Notes under the pieces: generated by a model
Told to the model about the DNA's origin: nothing
The model's input: the letters and a program-made list of their open reading frames with translations, nothing else
Database searches by the model: none
Shown here: positions 41,950-54,599 of the stretch, in pieces
Position numbering within the stretch: position 1 is the first letter of the stretch
Layout of the letters: every line of letters begins with the position of its first letter
DNA from: Octopus sinensis
Lineage: Eukaryota
Direction: 5' to 3'
Assembly: GCF_006345805.1 (NCBI RefSeq)
Contig: NW_021832432.1
Location: forward strand, 248,001-312,000
Length of the DNA stretch: 64,000 nt
Program-made: the position numbers and the translations under genes

Positions 41950-42360
41950 ATCATCATCATCGTTTAACGTCCGTTTTCCATCCTGGCATGGGTTGGACAG
42001 TTTGACTGAGGACTAGCAAGCCAGCAGGCTGCACTAGGCACTAATCTGACATGGCACGGTTTCTACAGCAGGATGCTCTTCCTAACATTAACCACTCCGA
42101 GAGTGTAGTGGGTGCTTTTTACGTGCTACTTGCATGGGAGTTAGTAAGGTGGCACTGGCATCAACAACATTTGGATGGTGCTTTTTACATGCCACCGGCT
42201 TCGACCCATGCTTGAATGGTGCTTATTATGTACCACCAGCACAGGTGCCAGTCAGGTGGCACTGGCATTGACCACGACTACAATTTCACTTGACTCAACA
42301 AGTCTTCTCAAGCACAGGGTGTCGCCCAGCAATTCAAGGGTACTTTTAAACGGGCTGTTA
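41950..42360 (-). mobile_element. RTE-type 3' UTR/tail fragment
   Basis: Reverse complement of the (GAT)n-tailed sequence; similar copies at ~31385-31680 and 51058-51620. Confidence 0.75.
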
Positions 42361-42377
42361 TGTGACACTGGTGTGTG

Positions 42378-42415
<38 letters not shown>

Positions 42416-42985
42416 TCTGCACCACTGGATACTCCTGAACCAGTTTTTGTGTGTCCCATAAGAGGAGTCAATGCTAGATGTGTCAAAACAATTGTTGTGA
42501 TTAATAATATATTCTCGTATATTCCATCTTCTGTCTTTCATTTGTTTTATATATATATATATGTGTGTAATCATTGTCTCAACATCCATTTTTTCATCTT
42601 GCCTGGGTAGATGAAATTTATTGAGACAGATTTTCTATGGCCAGGTGACCTTTCTGTCACTACTCTTCACCTGTTTCCAAGCAAGGTAATATTACCCATG
42701 TCCAGGCTTGTTTTCACAGAATATCAGAAATGAATGACATTTATTCACAGCAATTATATGATGTCAGGACAAGGAGAGAGAGACACGCACACACATACAA
42801 CAGGCTTCTTTCAGTTTCCGTCTACCATATCCATTCACAAGGCTTTGGTGAGTCTGGAGCTATTATAGAAGACACTTGTCTAAGGTGCCATGCAGTGGGA
42901 CTGAACCAGAGACCATGTAGACAAGCAGCATACTTCTAAACCACACCACACCACACCACCATGTTTTTATGTATATTTTCTTTAG

Positions 42986-43205
42986 CCCTTTAGCATTTAA
43001 ACTGACCATATCTGGCCAAAATATTCTTTCTGTTTTACCTTTAAAACAGCAAGATCTATCGTCTTATACCTATCCTACAACGACATCTTAAAAATAAACA
43101 ATCACATCATTGAAACAGCAAATCTATGAGATAATGCATAATCAGTTCAAAAGAATGCAAATAAATAAGCATTATATTTGACTATGTAATCTGAATACCA
43201 AAGGG
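42986..43205 (+). mobile_element. piggyBac-like MITE
   Basis: CCCTTTAGCATT ... AATACCAAAGGG|TTAA. Confidence 0.75.
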
Positions 43206-43625
43206 TTAAGAGACGTAATTAATTTTATCAACTCCATTACTTAATTGGGAGTTTATTTTATTGACATTAGAAGAATGAAAAGCAAAATTTTTGTTGGTAG
43301 GATTTAAACTCAGAAAGTTACTGCTTACCCCAAGGTATTTTTGATGTTCTAGTTTTCCTGCCAATTCATCATCATTGAAATATTAAAACATTTTTCATCT
43401 CTGAAGATGAGATTAATAGCCTGAAATATTTATAATTGTATTAACAATAACTTATTATCTCAGGCATTTAGATATTTTATCAAGCAGTATTTGTTCTTTT
43501 ATCTCTATTTACCTTCCTCCACCTCATGTGCTTTTGTTATTTCTGATCTCTTTTTTATCTTATTTTATTATTTTATGTTTTTACCCTTTTCTATATAAAT
43601 TATGCTGCCAACTTTATATTTCCAG

Positions 43626-43799
43626 GCATGGAACTGTATTATTGAAGAAACAGAAAAACTTGTAAATCATGTCCGAAAAAATGTCGATGAACTCAGCTCA
43701 AAAACATTAAAAGCTTTGGGAAATTTGATACTCGAGAAGAAATCAGCTAAGAAGTCTTACATAGAAGAAAGGATCTATCTTGATGAAGAATTACTGAAG
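43626..43799 (+). CDS. FER: FER coding exon 2 (AWNCIIEETEKL...DEELLK)
   Basis: tttccAG acceptor and GTAAAT donor, 174 nt, phase 0/0. Matches the F-BAR segment SW..I..TE.L...KKSY. Confidence 0.92.
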
Positions 43800-44008
43800 G
43801 TAAATTTCTAATCATTAGAGTGTTTTTTAAATATTCTACAATTTTGATTTCTAAATTTGACATCAATTTGAGGATGGGATATCTTTTAATGTGGTGGTGT
43901 CCCTCTTGATCAATGTAAACCCCATCTGTTTTTGTTTATTTGGTGGGTTGTAACTTGTCCTTTCATATTGTTCTCATGTCTTGGACTCTTGTGGCCAATA
44001 AAAGAAAC

Positions 44009-44059
<51 letters not shown>

Positions 44060-44088
44060 CATTATTATTGTCATTATTATTATTATTA

Positions 44089-44581
44089 TGAGAGAGAGCA
44101 ACATATGTTATCAAAGTGACCCTGGGGTACAAATGTACAAAGCCCAATATACTCATCATGACTATCCGTCTGTTAAGGGTACACTAGGCACATGCATCCC
44201 AACCATGTGTTCACTGCAAAATCCTTGAGGGTAGTAATATTTTTGCCTTCAACGACTGGCTCAGGATGATGTTCATACAATTAAGCAGGAGTGCTTATTT
44301 TGTAGTGTTTACATGTTTTCCAATGTAAATACTGTCCTATCCTATCATGGTGATGTTTGCATTTGTTTGATGTCAGAACAGGACATTCCGAGAGCAGATG
44401 GTCTATTGTTTTATCAAATTTATCACACAGTCTGCATTTATGGTCAGAACCATTTTGAAGAACGTTAGCTTGTAGCTGCCGCCAATATGAAACCTTCAGT
44501 CTCTGCTTTCAGTCCTGAGCTTCTCAGCCACTGATGGGTTGTTGCTTGGTCTACATCAGCATTTTGGCTTTGAGGTATATA
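44089..44581 (-). mobile_element. Decayed R4/Dong-like LINE (CCHC zinc-knuckle region and probable 3' end)
   Basis: Reads QWLRSSGLKAETEGFILAA-QANVLQNGSDHKCRLCDKFDKTIDHLLSECPVL...HHDRIGQYLHWKTCKHY...YEHHPEPVVEGKN. Abuts (ATT)n at 44009-44088. Confidence 0.85.
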
Positions 44582-45406
44582 CCCACCACCGCCACCACCA
44601 CCAGTGGAGGCACGTGGCTTAGTGGTTAGGGTGTCAGCATCATGATCGTAAGATTGTGGTTTCGATTCCTGGATCGGACAACACATTGTGTTCTTGAGCA
44701 AAACACTTCATTTCACGTTGCTCCAGTCCACTCAGCTGGCAAAAATGAGTAACGCAGTGATGGACTGGCATCTCGTCCAGCTGGGGAACACATACACCAT
44801 AGAAACCGGGCCATGAGCTTGGCTAGGCTTTAAAAGGGCGTAATAAAGGCAGCAAGCTGACAGAATTGTTAGCACACCGGGCAAAATACTTAGCAGCATT
44901 AAGTCCTTTTCACCAAGGTCAACTTTGCCTTTCATCCTTTCAAGGTTGATAAAGTAAGTACTAGTTGAGTACTGGGGTTAATGTTATTGATTTTTCCCCC
45001 TCCTCTGAGCTTGCTGACCATGTGCCTATGGTAGAAAGGATTATTATTATTATCATCATCATCATCATCATCATCATTATTATTATTATTAAAAGTGGTG
45101 TGCTGGCAGGATCGTTAGCACCCTGGGAAAAATGCTTACATTAGCAACTGCTACTGCTTTTGTTATCACAATATTATCAATTTTGAAGGGAGGAGTTAGT
45201 TGATACCAACGACCCTAGAACTTGACTAGTATTCTATTTTATCAACCCTAAAAAGATGAAAGGCAAAGTTAACTTCAGTGAGATTTGAACTCAGAACATA
45301 ATGAGCAGTTAGAATGGTTAGAACTTTTAAATTTTTCTTTAGACCCTATCAGGATTCAGCTTTGCCTTTCATTGTACCAGTTTAGTACTGATCTGATCTA
45401 ACCACC

Positions 45407-45627
45407 TACAAGGGGGCTCTGGAAAGTTCCTGGCTTTGGGTAAAAGAAAATACAAGAGGATCAGTTAACTATGATTTTATTCAACATATTCCCCTCTCAG
45501 ATTCACACACTCATTGCAGTGATCCTTTAGTTTTTCTAAGCCCTGTAAAAGAACTTGGAAGGTTGGACCTCCAACCAGGCCTTTTGCAATACCCTCAAAA
45601 GCAGGAATTTTTCAGCAAACCCTCATA
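45407..45627 (-). mobile_element. Tc1/mariner MITE, second copy
   Basis: Homologous to 40115-40338, TA-flanked. Confidence 0.8.
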
Positions 45628-46209
45628 CATTCTCCCACTAAATATGTGGCCTTGTACCTATATTAGAAATCATTATTTTATACTGTTAGATTTATTATTA
45701 AATTTAGCCTTTCATACTTCAGATATTGTTATTGTGCTACCAAGTAAATCTAATGCTGTGGTAGTACAAGCTTCCTCTTTATTTTTTTCTGTCAAAACTA
45801 ATACAATTGATTTACTCTATAGAGTAATTATAGCTTGGAAAAAAATCCTGCTGCTTGGTGTATCAATAAATAATTAATATACCTCTGAAAAATCCTAGCA
45901 TACAATGATGGTTGCAATTGATTAACAGAATTATGTTCTACACATGATTAGCTTTCCTCTTCAGGCACAAACAATACTTCAGACCCCCATCAATGGCAAA
46001 CTCTCTTCAAAGCTCACTTGGGACCCACTATCTATCTGGTTGGGTGACTTGCCTGGACCAACACAATTCTTCCATGCCAGTCCTCTTTTGCAGTCTTCAT
46101 ATCCCTAACTTGATATCCTCCGTCTTCCACAAGTTGACTGATACTTGCTCTTCTTGGTCTGCCAATAATACTTGTATGTCCATGCATGAGTTTTCAGAGA
46201 AGGAGATTA

Positions 46210-46680
46210 CTGGAGAAGGAGAAGGAAATGACCACTGAGAACCACAATGCAGTATCACTGCTCCCATATTTGGTACAGTGCTGCTGCTACATCCACAGAT
46301 ATTCTGGACTACATCAAAGGAAAAGCCGCTTGAATTTTTGGTATGAAAACCATCACCAGCACATTCCAGCCTCCGGCCCACAAATATGTTGTCTCCTCTG
46401 TTGTTTTTATCATTACTGTAGTGGCCTCTTCTCCCCAGATTTAGCTGGCTTTGTGACACCTCCATTCAGACACTCTCAACTCATTCATCCATCTTTTTTC
46501 TTATCCTTAATATTGTGTTCACCTTTCTCCCCTTGCAGACCCTGCAATAAACAGCATGTCCTGTCTATCCTCATCAGACTGTTGTTCCTATGGAATTCTC
46601 ACAATACTCGTGTTTTTGCTGCATTTGTCTGCTTGTAACTGTTCAAGAAGAACCTTCACTGCATCAATCTCAATGGTTTT
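46210..46680 (+). mobile_element. CR1/L2-group LINE 3' RT remnant
   Basis: Reads YHCSHIW...DILDYIKGKAA*IFG...TSTFQPPAH-FYHYCSGLFSPDLA...LWNS...LFK with frameshifts. Confidence 0.7.
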
Positions 46681-47420
46681 GGAAGCCTGTGTATGCCATG
46701 GGTCCAGCTACTTGTTCAAAACCAATTCAACTGTATTAATAAAATAAAAATCTAACTTTCTGTTGTAATAAGGAACCCACAATATCAAGGACTTAGAGAT
46801 TGAGAAGAAAAATTCTGTGGACCCCACTTGATATTGAAGATGTTAATAATAATAATGATATAATACTCTTTAGCTTTATCTCTTGTTTTAATCATTGAAC
46901 TGTGGCCATGCTGGAGCACTACTGTGAAGGATTTAAACAACAAATTGACCACAGTACTTATTTTTTATTAAGACTAGTACTTATTCTATCAGTCTTTTTT
47001 GCCAAACTGCTAAGTTATAGGGATGCAAACCCATAAATAAACCACCATTTGATTGAGTAAAATTATTGTATTACTTCCATTACTGTAATATATGTTTCAA
47101 TATTGATCATGGATATTGAAATTCAAAGTATACAATATTTGTAAAAGTTTGGATGGTCATAGCTGGTATGCTTTTTATCATAGATCTGCTCTCTTACTTC
47201 GGTCATAGGACTAAGCAGTCATTACACAGAATTTTTTTCAACAACAAACCTTATTTTATCTGATAGCTACCAAAACTCCTCTAATATTTTCTAGTACAGG
47301 ATTGTACTGGAGAGTGCTGTAGCTATTAAAATAGGATGCTTCTTGATTTCAGAATACTTTCATCCTCTTTAATATGTACTTTAGCACTTAGTATACCATT
47401 GTTAATATTAGTGTTCCACT

Positions 47421-47859
47421 AAGGGCACAGCTGGTAGAATTGTGAGCATGCCAGACAATATGCTAATGGCATTTCATCCATCTTTTACGTTCTGAGTTCA
47501 AATTCTGCCAAGGTTGACTTTGCCTTTCATCCTTTTGGGGTCAATAAAATAAGTACCAGTTGAGCACTGGTGTTGATGTAATCGATTTACCCACTTCCTT
47601 GAAATTGCTGGCCTTGTGCCGAAATTTGAAATAATATTAGTACTACTCAAGGCAGTGAGCTGGCAGAGTTGTTAGCATGCTGGGCAAAACTCCTTATCAG
47701 CATTTCACCCATCTTTATGTTCTGAGTTCAAGATCCACCAAGGTCAACTTTGCCTTTCTCCCTTTCAGGGTTGATAGTGTAAGTACCAGTTGAGCACTGG
47801 TGGTTGATGTAATCGACTTAGTCCCTCCCCTGAAAGTACTGATCTTGTGCCAAAAGCAT
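47421..47859 (+). mobile_element. Two tandem SINE-B copies
   Basis: Heads at 47421 and 47649; TATTAGTGTTCC flanks the pair (47406-17 and 47860-71). Confidence 0.85.
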
Positions 47860-49656
47860 TATTAGTGTTCCTCTTATATTCAAACTGGTATTTAGGACTG
47901 GTAAATCTAATAGTTGCTGTGTGGCTAAGATGCTTGGCATAAAGCTAAAAGGTCACAGATTCATCATGCTCTGTTATTTTTTACTTGTTTCAGTCATTGG
48001 GCTATGGCCAGCTGGCACACCCTAGCATTAATTTTTTTTTTTTTTCAAAGTCTGGTAGTTATTGTATCAGTCTCTTTTGTCAAACCAATAAAGTTACAAG
48101 AACGTAAACAACAAAACAACACCAGTTGTCAAGCATTGGTGGGGGACAAACATAACCATGCATGCATGCACACACACATGCCTACATGCCCACACACACA
48201 CAACACACACACACACACCACACACACACACACACACATATGTATGTATGTATTAATATATACATATATATGCGATGTGTTTCCACTCAATTTTTCTATA
48301 CTCTATTCACTCACAATATATAGTAGAAGACACTTGTCCAAGGTGCTGCAGTGAGATTGAACCCAAAACTATATGATTGCAAAGTGGGATTCTTAACCAT
48401 CCCCCGCCCCCACACTACCCATGCACATTGTACTTTGTGTATCTTTGCGAAAATTATATTACTCCTCCTCCTCCTCCTCCTCATCATCATCATCATCATT
48501 TTTACATTCCACTTTTCCATGCTGACTTGGGTTGGTTGTTTCTTCTTCAACACTGCATCTCACCAATTGTTTATATGCTTTCCTCATCATCTACTTCTAT
48601 GATGTTCAATGTTCCAAGATCAGCTTCCACCACCGATGTCCAATGTCATCATTAGTAATCCTCCCTCACAGTCTCCATCTGCATAGATCTCCTGTCACTT
48701 CTTTATCCAAGTCTCATTATCCATCTATATATCACATCATATATCACATATAAAATTTGCCCTGTTTATAATTATACCGTATGTTACGTATATATTATTA
48801 TCATACCCTGATACTGTGTGAACTAAGATCCCTGTGTGAACTAAGATCCCTGGTATTTATAGTGTTAAACACTTTTGCTATGCAAATTAGGGACTCTTTC
48901 ATAGAATAACTGCTACATTTGTTGAGTATATAACAGTTTGGCTGCTTGTTTCTCTGGAGATTATCAAGGCATTGGCTGAGGCTGTAGTAAAAAAATACTT
49001 GGCCAAGGTAATGCACACTAAGCCTGGACCTGAAACCATGTGTGGTTGTAAGCCAAATGTCTTAACCACACAGCCATACTTACTCTGTCAGTGTACTTCA
49101 AATATGTATCTTCTCATCAGTGAGGCTCAGCCTTTTAAATTTGAACTGTTTCTAACTTGGCTTACCTCTAATATTTTTCTCTTTTCTGTTTTTTCTCTTT
49201 TACTTCTGACAAATGAACTAACAATAATACCTCAGGCTAATAAGAAAGCCTTTATGTCGTTCAGCCTGCTAGAATGAAATCTCTATCAAATTTACTGCTA
49301 GAATGAAATCTCTATCAAATTTCACCCTACCACCTTTAATAAAGAAAAGATGCATTAGATATTTTGCTCTAGATATGTGAAGACCTGCAGAATGAAAAAA
49401 TACTTTTCTTGAAAACCGGTAAGGGCTGGCAATGGGTAGGGCATCGAGATATAGAATACTGATTCAATGAGTCTCTCACAGCCCATGCCAGGAAAGAAAA
49501 ACTGGATTTTAAAATGATGATGATGGTGACAATGGTGATAATGTTATTTTTTTTTAAATGGTTTATTTCAACATGGAAACCTTGTTGCTATATTTCCCAT
49601 CTTCCTTTTTTTTTCTCACCTGATTTTCTCATTTTTTTCTTTGACTCTTTTTGTAG

Positions 49657-49753
49657 ATCCAAGATGATGTGAACAAACAGGAAAATGACTACACAAGAGT
49701 ACTTGATAAGTTCAAAGTTGACAAAGCCAGATACGATGATTTATGTGCAAAAG
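49657..49753 (+). CDS. FER: FER coding exon 3 (IQDDVNKQENDYTRVLDKFKVDKARYDDLCAK-G)
   Basis: Long pyrimidine tract plus TAG acceptor, GTAAGT donor, 97 nt, phase 0/1; frame joins exon 4. Confidence 0.88.
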
Positions 49754-49852
49754 GTAAGTTTAATTTCTTTTGTTATGTATGCTTGATGTTTTCCCTTAAT
49801 GAAACTACAGACAAAATCATTGAAATTATAAAAATATTTCTTCTAGCCTTAA

Positions 49853-50073
49853 CCCTTTTGTTACCAACCCGGCTGAAACCAGCTCAGGCTCTTTAATACA
49901 GATGTCTTGTTTTCATGAGTTTTGAATTAAAATCTTCCACCAAACCTTAGTCACAATTTATGTTCCTAACACTAGCTGAATGATAAATAAGTTACTTTAC
50001 TAAATTCTTTGTTATATTTAAAGTAACTGAAAGAAACACAGAGCATCTCAAAATAAATACAGTAACAAAAGGA
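49853..50073. mobile_element. piggyBac-like MITE, second family
   Basis: TTAA|CCCTTTTGTTAC ... GTAACAAAAGGA|TTAA; lies 100 bp after the exon 3 donor. Confidence 0.75.
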
Positions 50074-51678
50074 TTAATTACTAAGTATCCTTTTATGTAG
50101 TTAGGTTGGTTGGTTGGTTGGTTGGTTGGTTGGTTGGTTACTAAGGGGTAAATGACAAAACGTTGGTAACAATGTAATAAAGTCTCTTAACTTACGTTCA
50201 GTCTGCTTGTGGATGAGAGGCCTGTTGATAACAACAGATGATTTAGAGAAATCTACACTTTTTATGACATACATATGTGTTATTTGCAGCACCTACTTTG
50301 ACACTATAATAACAAATTTATATGCATCCGTTCAGGGTTTTTTTTTTATTATTTTAAACGTAACTTAGCCAGAGGAAGAAGGATGGCCCTATCCTAATGT
50401 CTTTTCAAAAACTCTGAGACTGCTGGGAGGAAGGAAGAGAGGAAAGGAAGAAGTTGTCTCAGATAAGACACCTGGTTGAAATTTTTTCAACTGTGTGCTT
50501 CATGGAAAGGTTTCATGAGCTAGATAGAAGTTTTGATGAAGACCTTCGACATGGTTGAACAACCAATCCCAACTAGTTGGGATTCACAGTGCAGGTTGTA
50601 CTATTCATCCTTTCAGTTGCTAAATACAAAATGTGGCTTGCAAGGCCTCCACTCAAGTGATTTTTCCTGCATTACTGTCTCACCTTAGTATGCCAATCTG
50701 TCACAAAGTTACCCATTTTCAGGTGAGTGGACAGGAGCAATGTGAAGTAAGGTGTTTTATGCAAGAACATAATGTATAGCTGGTCTGGGAACCAAAACCA
50801 AGATCTCGTGACTGTGAGTGCAACACCTTGGCCATTAGGCCACGTGTCTTCATAAGTTTTAAACTAGATGACAAATTAAATCTACCAATGAAAAAGAGGG
50901 AAATCCTTCTGATGAGGTTTCCACACCATTTCCATCTGCTAAATTTCACTTAGAAGGTTTTGATGAATACAAGGTTATGGTAGAAGATATTTGCCCAAAG
51001 TACCGTACAGAAGGATTGAATCAGAAACCATGTAATTGGAAGCAACTATGCCTTGCCTCATCATCATCATCATCACCATCATCGTTTAACTTCCGTTTTC
51101 CATGCTGGCATGGGTTGGACGGTTCAACTGGGGTCTGGGAAGCCAGGAGGCTGCACCAGGCTCCAATCTGATCTGGCAGTGTTTCTACAGCTGGATGCCC
51201 TTCCTAACGCCAACCACTACGAGAGTGTAGTGGGCGCTTTTTACATGCCACTGGCATAGGGGCCAGAGGTGGCTGGCATTGACCACATTTGGATGGTACT
51301 TTTACATGCCTCCGGCACAGGAGCCAGATGGGGCTGGCATCGACCACGTTTGGATGGTGCTTTTACATGCCACCAGCACAGGAGCCAGTCAAGGCGGTGC
51401 TGGCATCAGCCACGTTTGGATGGTGCTTTTTGGTGGGGAGTAGGAGAGGGATGGTTATTTTCCCCATCTTCACAGATGTGCTCAAATCTCATCAAGATTT
51501 CTGTTGTTTCTAGTCTTGCTGATGGCACGACAACCTCCATAGTACAGGTAACACAATAAAATGCATCCAGAAAACCCTGTAAAGTGTTTGGTGTTAGAAA
51601 GAGCATCGAGCTATAGAATCCGTATGCAAGCAAAATGTAGTCCTCTGACTCTATTAGATGGGCAGTAACTTCAAATAA

Positions 51679-51907
51679 GGCGACGAGCTAGCAGAAACGT
51701 TAGCACAATGGGCGAAATGTTTAGTGGTATTTCATCTGTCTTTACGTTCTGAGTTCAAATTCCGCTGAGGTCGACTTTGACTTTCATCCTTTCAGGGTCG
51801 ATTAGATAAGTACCAGTTATGCACTGGGGTCGATATAATCGACTTAATCCGTTTGTCTGTCCTTGTTTGTCCTCTCTGTGTAGCCCCTTGTGGGCAGTAA
51901 AGAAATA
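51679..51907 (+). mobile_element. SINE family B
   Basis: Full length; 15-bp TSD AGTAACT(T/C)CAAATAA (51664-78 and 51908-22). Confidence 0.92.
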
Positions 51908-52095
51908 AGTAACTCCAAATAACTGACTCAGATTGTGACAACCTGCCTAATCATACCAGTTTGAAAAATGTGCGTAAGCATGGTGGTGGTGGTGGTGGCG
52001 GTGGCAGGTAGATATATTCAACTTAACAAATTTACTACATAGTTACTGAATATATTTTGAAATGAACCAGCATATTTAAATTCTAGCATCTTTTA

Positions 52096-52918
52096 TCTTT
52101 TACTTCATTTAACTACGACCATGCTAGGGCACTACCTTGAATAATTTCTAGTTTAATGAATTGACTCCAATACTTATTATTTTTTTTTTAGACCTGGTAC
52201 TTATTCAACTGGTCTCTTTTACTGAACTGCTAAGTTACGAGGACATAAACACACCAACACCTGTTGCCCAGTGGTGCTGGGTGACAAAGACAAAGACAAA
52301 GACACGCTTGCACACACGCATATATCTGTATATACAATGAGCATCTTTCAGTTTCTCTACCAAATGCACTCACAAGATTTTGGCCAGCCTGAGGCTATAT
52401 TGAAAGATACTTGCCCAAGGTGCCATGCAATGGGAGTGAACTCAAAGCCATGTGGCTGGGAAGGAAACTTCTTACCACACAGCCATGTCTGCACATACTC
52501 TTTACTTGTTTCAGTCTTTTGACTGCGGCCGTGCTGGAGCACCGCCTTTTTTAGTTGAGCAAATCGACCCCAGGACTTATTCTTTGGAAGCCTAGTACTT
52601 ATTCTATCGGTCGATTTTGCCAAACCGCTAAGTTACGGGGAAGTAAACTTACCAACATCAGTTGTCAAGTGATTTTGGGGGAACAAACACAGAGACACAA
52701 ACACATACATACATACACACGCACACACACACACACACACCCATATATATATACTTATATACAACGGGCTTCTTTCAGTTTCCGTCTACCAAATCCACTC
52801 ACAAGGCTTTGGTCGGCCGGAGGCTATAGTAGGAGACACTTCCCCAAGGTGCCACGCAGTGGGACTGAACCCGGAACCATGTGATTCGTAAGCAAGCAAT
52901 TTGCCACACAGCCACTCT
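52096..52918 (-). mobile_element. Two head-to-tail SINE-A copies
   Basis: 52096-52494 (older) and 52497-52918 (younger), ending ~85 bp before the exon 4 acceptor. Confidence 0.88.
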
Positions 52919-53002
52919 TACACCAACTTTAATTCAATTTTTTTTTTTTAAATATCTAAATTTTTAATTTAATTTCTTAACTCCACTCCTCTTTGTTTAC
53001 AG

Positions 53003-53192
53003 GAAAAATAAAAAAAATTGAAGATGCTAAGTCGCACTACCTTCGAACAACATCCAAACTGCACAAACTACACAATGAATATATCATTGCAATTAAAGTA
53101 GCTTCATTACACCAGAACGATTATCTTGTCAAACTTCTCCCTTCATTTCTGACACACCATGAAGAAACACACATTGGTCTCACCGAAGGATG
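53003..53192 (+). CDS. FER: FER coding exon 4 (KIKKIEDAKSHYLRTTSKLHKLHNEYIIAI...TEG-W)
   Basis: tttacAG acceptor, GTAAGA donor, 190 nt, phase 1/2. KLH.LHNEY motif is typical of the FER/FES F-BAR. Confidence 0.93.
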
Positions 53193-53299
53193 GTAAGATT
53201 CTGTTCTTTAAGCAATCTAATTTATTTAAATACATTATTACCTCTCTTGTATGATATCTTTAGGTAGTATCATATGGCATATACTACTATTAGATATTC

Positions 53300-53713
53300 G
53301 GATCTTTTCGGTTTGAACGGCAGTTTTTTCTAGCGGTGTCATATGAAATTGTCACCCATAATTATGACCCTAGTATTGATCTATTGCATTTCAATCTGTT
53401 TTAGGGTAGGGTTAGAGGTGGGGGGAAGGGTATCTTTTTTTCTTCACAAATGTAAATAAACCCAATCTGTTTCTTAAACAAGGGACATATTCATACGGCA
53501 CAGAATGTTTTTTACCTCAACAGACATCAGTGATTGGTTGAAATTGCAGAAATTGAAGAAAAAAAAACAAATATCTTTCAAACTATAGAATTTTCTCAAT
53601 AAAGCCAAGAGAAAAAAATGTTTTGTAAACACATTCTACCAGTATACGAAGTTTAAAATTTTTTAGTTACCGAGAAATTATGTTAAAAACTGCCGTTCAA
53701 ACCAAAAAGATCC
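53300..53713. mobile_element. MITE with 29-bp TIRs and 8-bp TSD, superfamily unassigned
   Basis: TIR GGATCTTTT(C/T)GGTTTGAACGGCAGTTTTT; exact TSD AGATATTC (53292-99 and 53714-21). Confidence 0.92.
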
Positions 53714-54010
53714 AGATATTCTGTAGGTAACATTGCTACTTTGCATTGTAATGTGTGACGATATTACTATTTAGTATCATGCATGATGTTATAACATTGC
53801 TGTTTTTTATTATAATATGACATAATAGTCTGATATCATAATTTGATAACATTACTATTTAGTATTACATGATAGCCTTACTTTTTTTTTTTTTTTTTAT
53901 AAAGCATAAGTATTCAATATAGTAATACGTGAACATTTATCTTTGGAATTATTACATGGTATGATTATTGTTTGGTATTATACTGTGATAGCATGACTAT
54001 TAGGTTCTAT

Positions 54011-54358
54011 AATATGTGATAATATTTATTATATGTGATAATATTTGTTCTTATAGTATGGGATAGCATTAATATGTGATAATATCTGTTCTTACAATAT
54101 GGGATAGCATTAATATGTGATAATATTTGTTACAATATGGGATAGCATTAATATGTGATAATATTTGTTCTCACAATATGGGATAGCATTATTATGTGAT
54201 AATATTTGTTCTTATAATATGGGATAGCATTAATGTGATAATATTGTTCTTACAATATGGAATAGCATAAATATATGATAATATTTGTTCTTACAATATG
54301 GGATAGCATTAGTATGTGATAATATTTGTTATTATAATATAGAATAGCATTAATATTT
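54011..54358. repeat. Tandem repeat, ~41 bp x 8
   Basis: ATATGTGATAATATTTGTTCTTACAATATGGGATAGCATTA with small indels. Confidence 0.93.
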
Positions 54359-54377
54359 GATATTATATTCTAGAGTA

Positions 54378-54599
54378 AGGCAGCAGGCTGGTAGGGTTGT
54401 TGCCGTGTCAGAAAAAGTGCTTAGCGGCATTACTTCTGACATTGCGTTCTGAGTTCAAATGCTGCTAGGGTCTACTTTGTCTTTCTTCATTCCAGATTGA
54501 TAAAATAAGTACCAGTTGGGTAGGTATTGGGGTGTTGATGTAATCAACTTATCCTCTCCTCCTAAATTGCTGGCCTTGTGCTAAAATTTGAAACTGCGA
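54378..54599 (+). mobile_element. SINE family B, diverged
   Basis: 15-bp TSD TTATATTCTA(G/A)AGTA (54363-77 and 54600-14). Confidence 0.82.

Noticed and set aside
43398-43428. CTGAAGA...GAAA as a hammerhead
   Set aside because: No convincing stem I, II or III can be drawn.
46186-46638. 150-aa ORF as a host gene
   Set aside because: It crosses frames of a decayed CR1/L2-group RT remnant.
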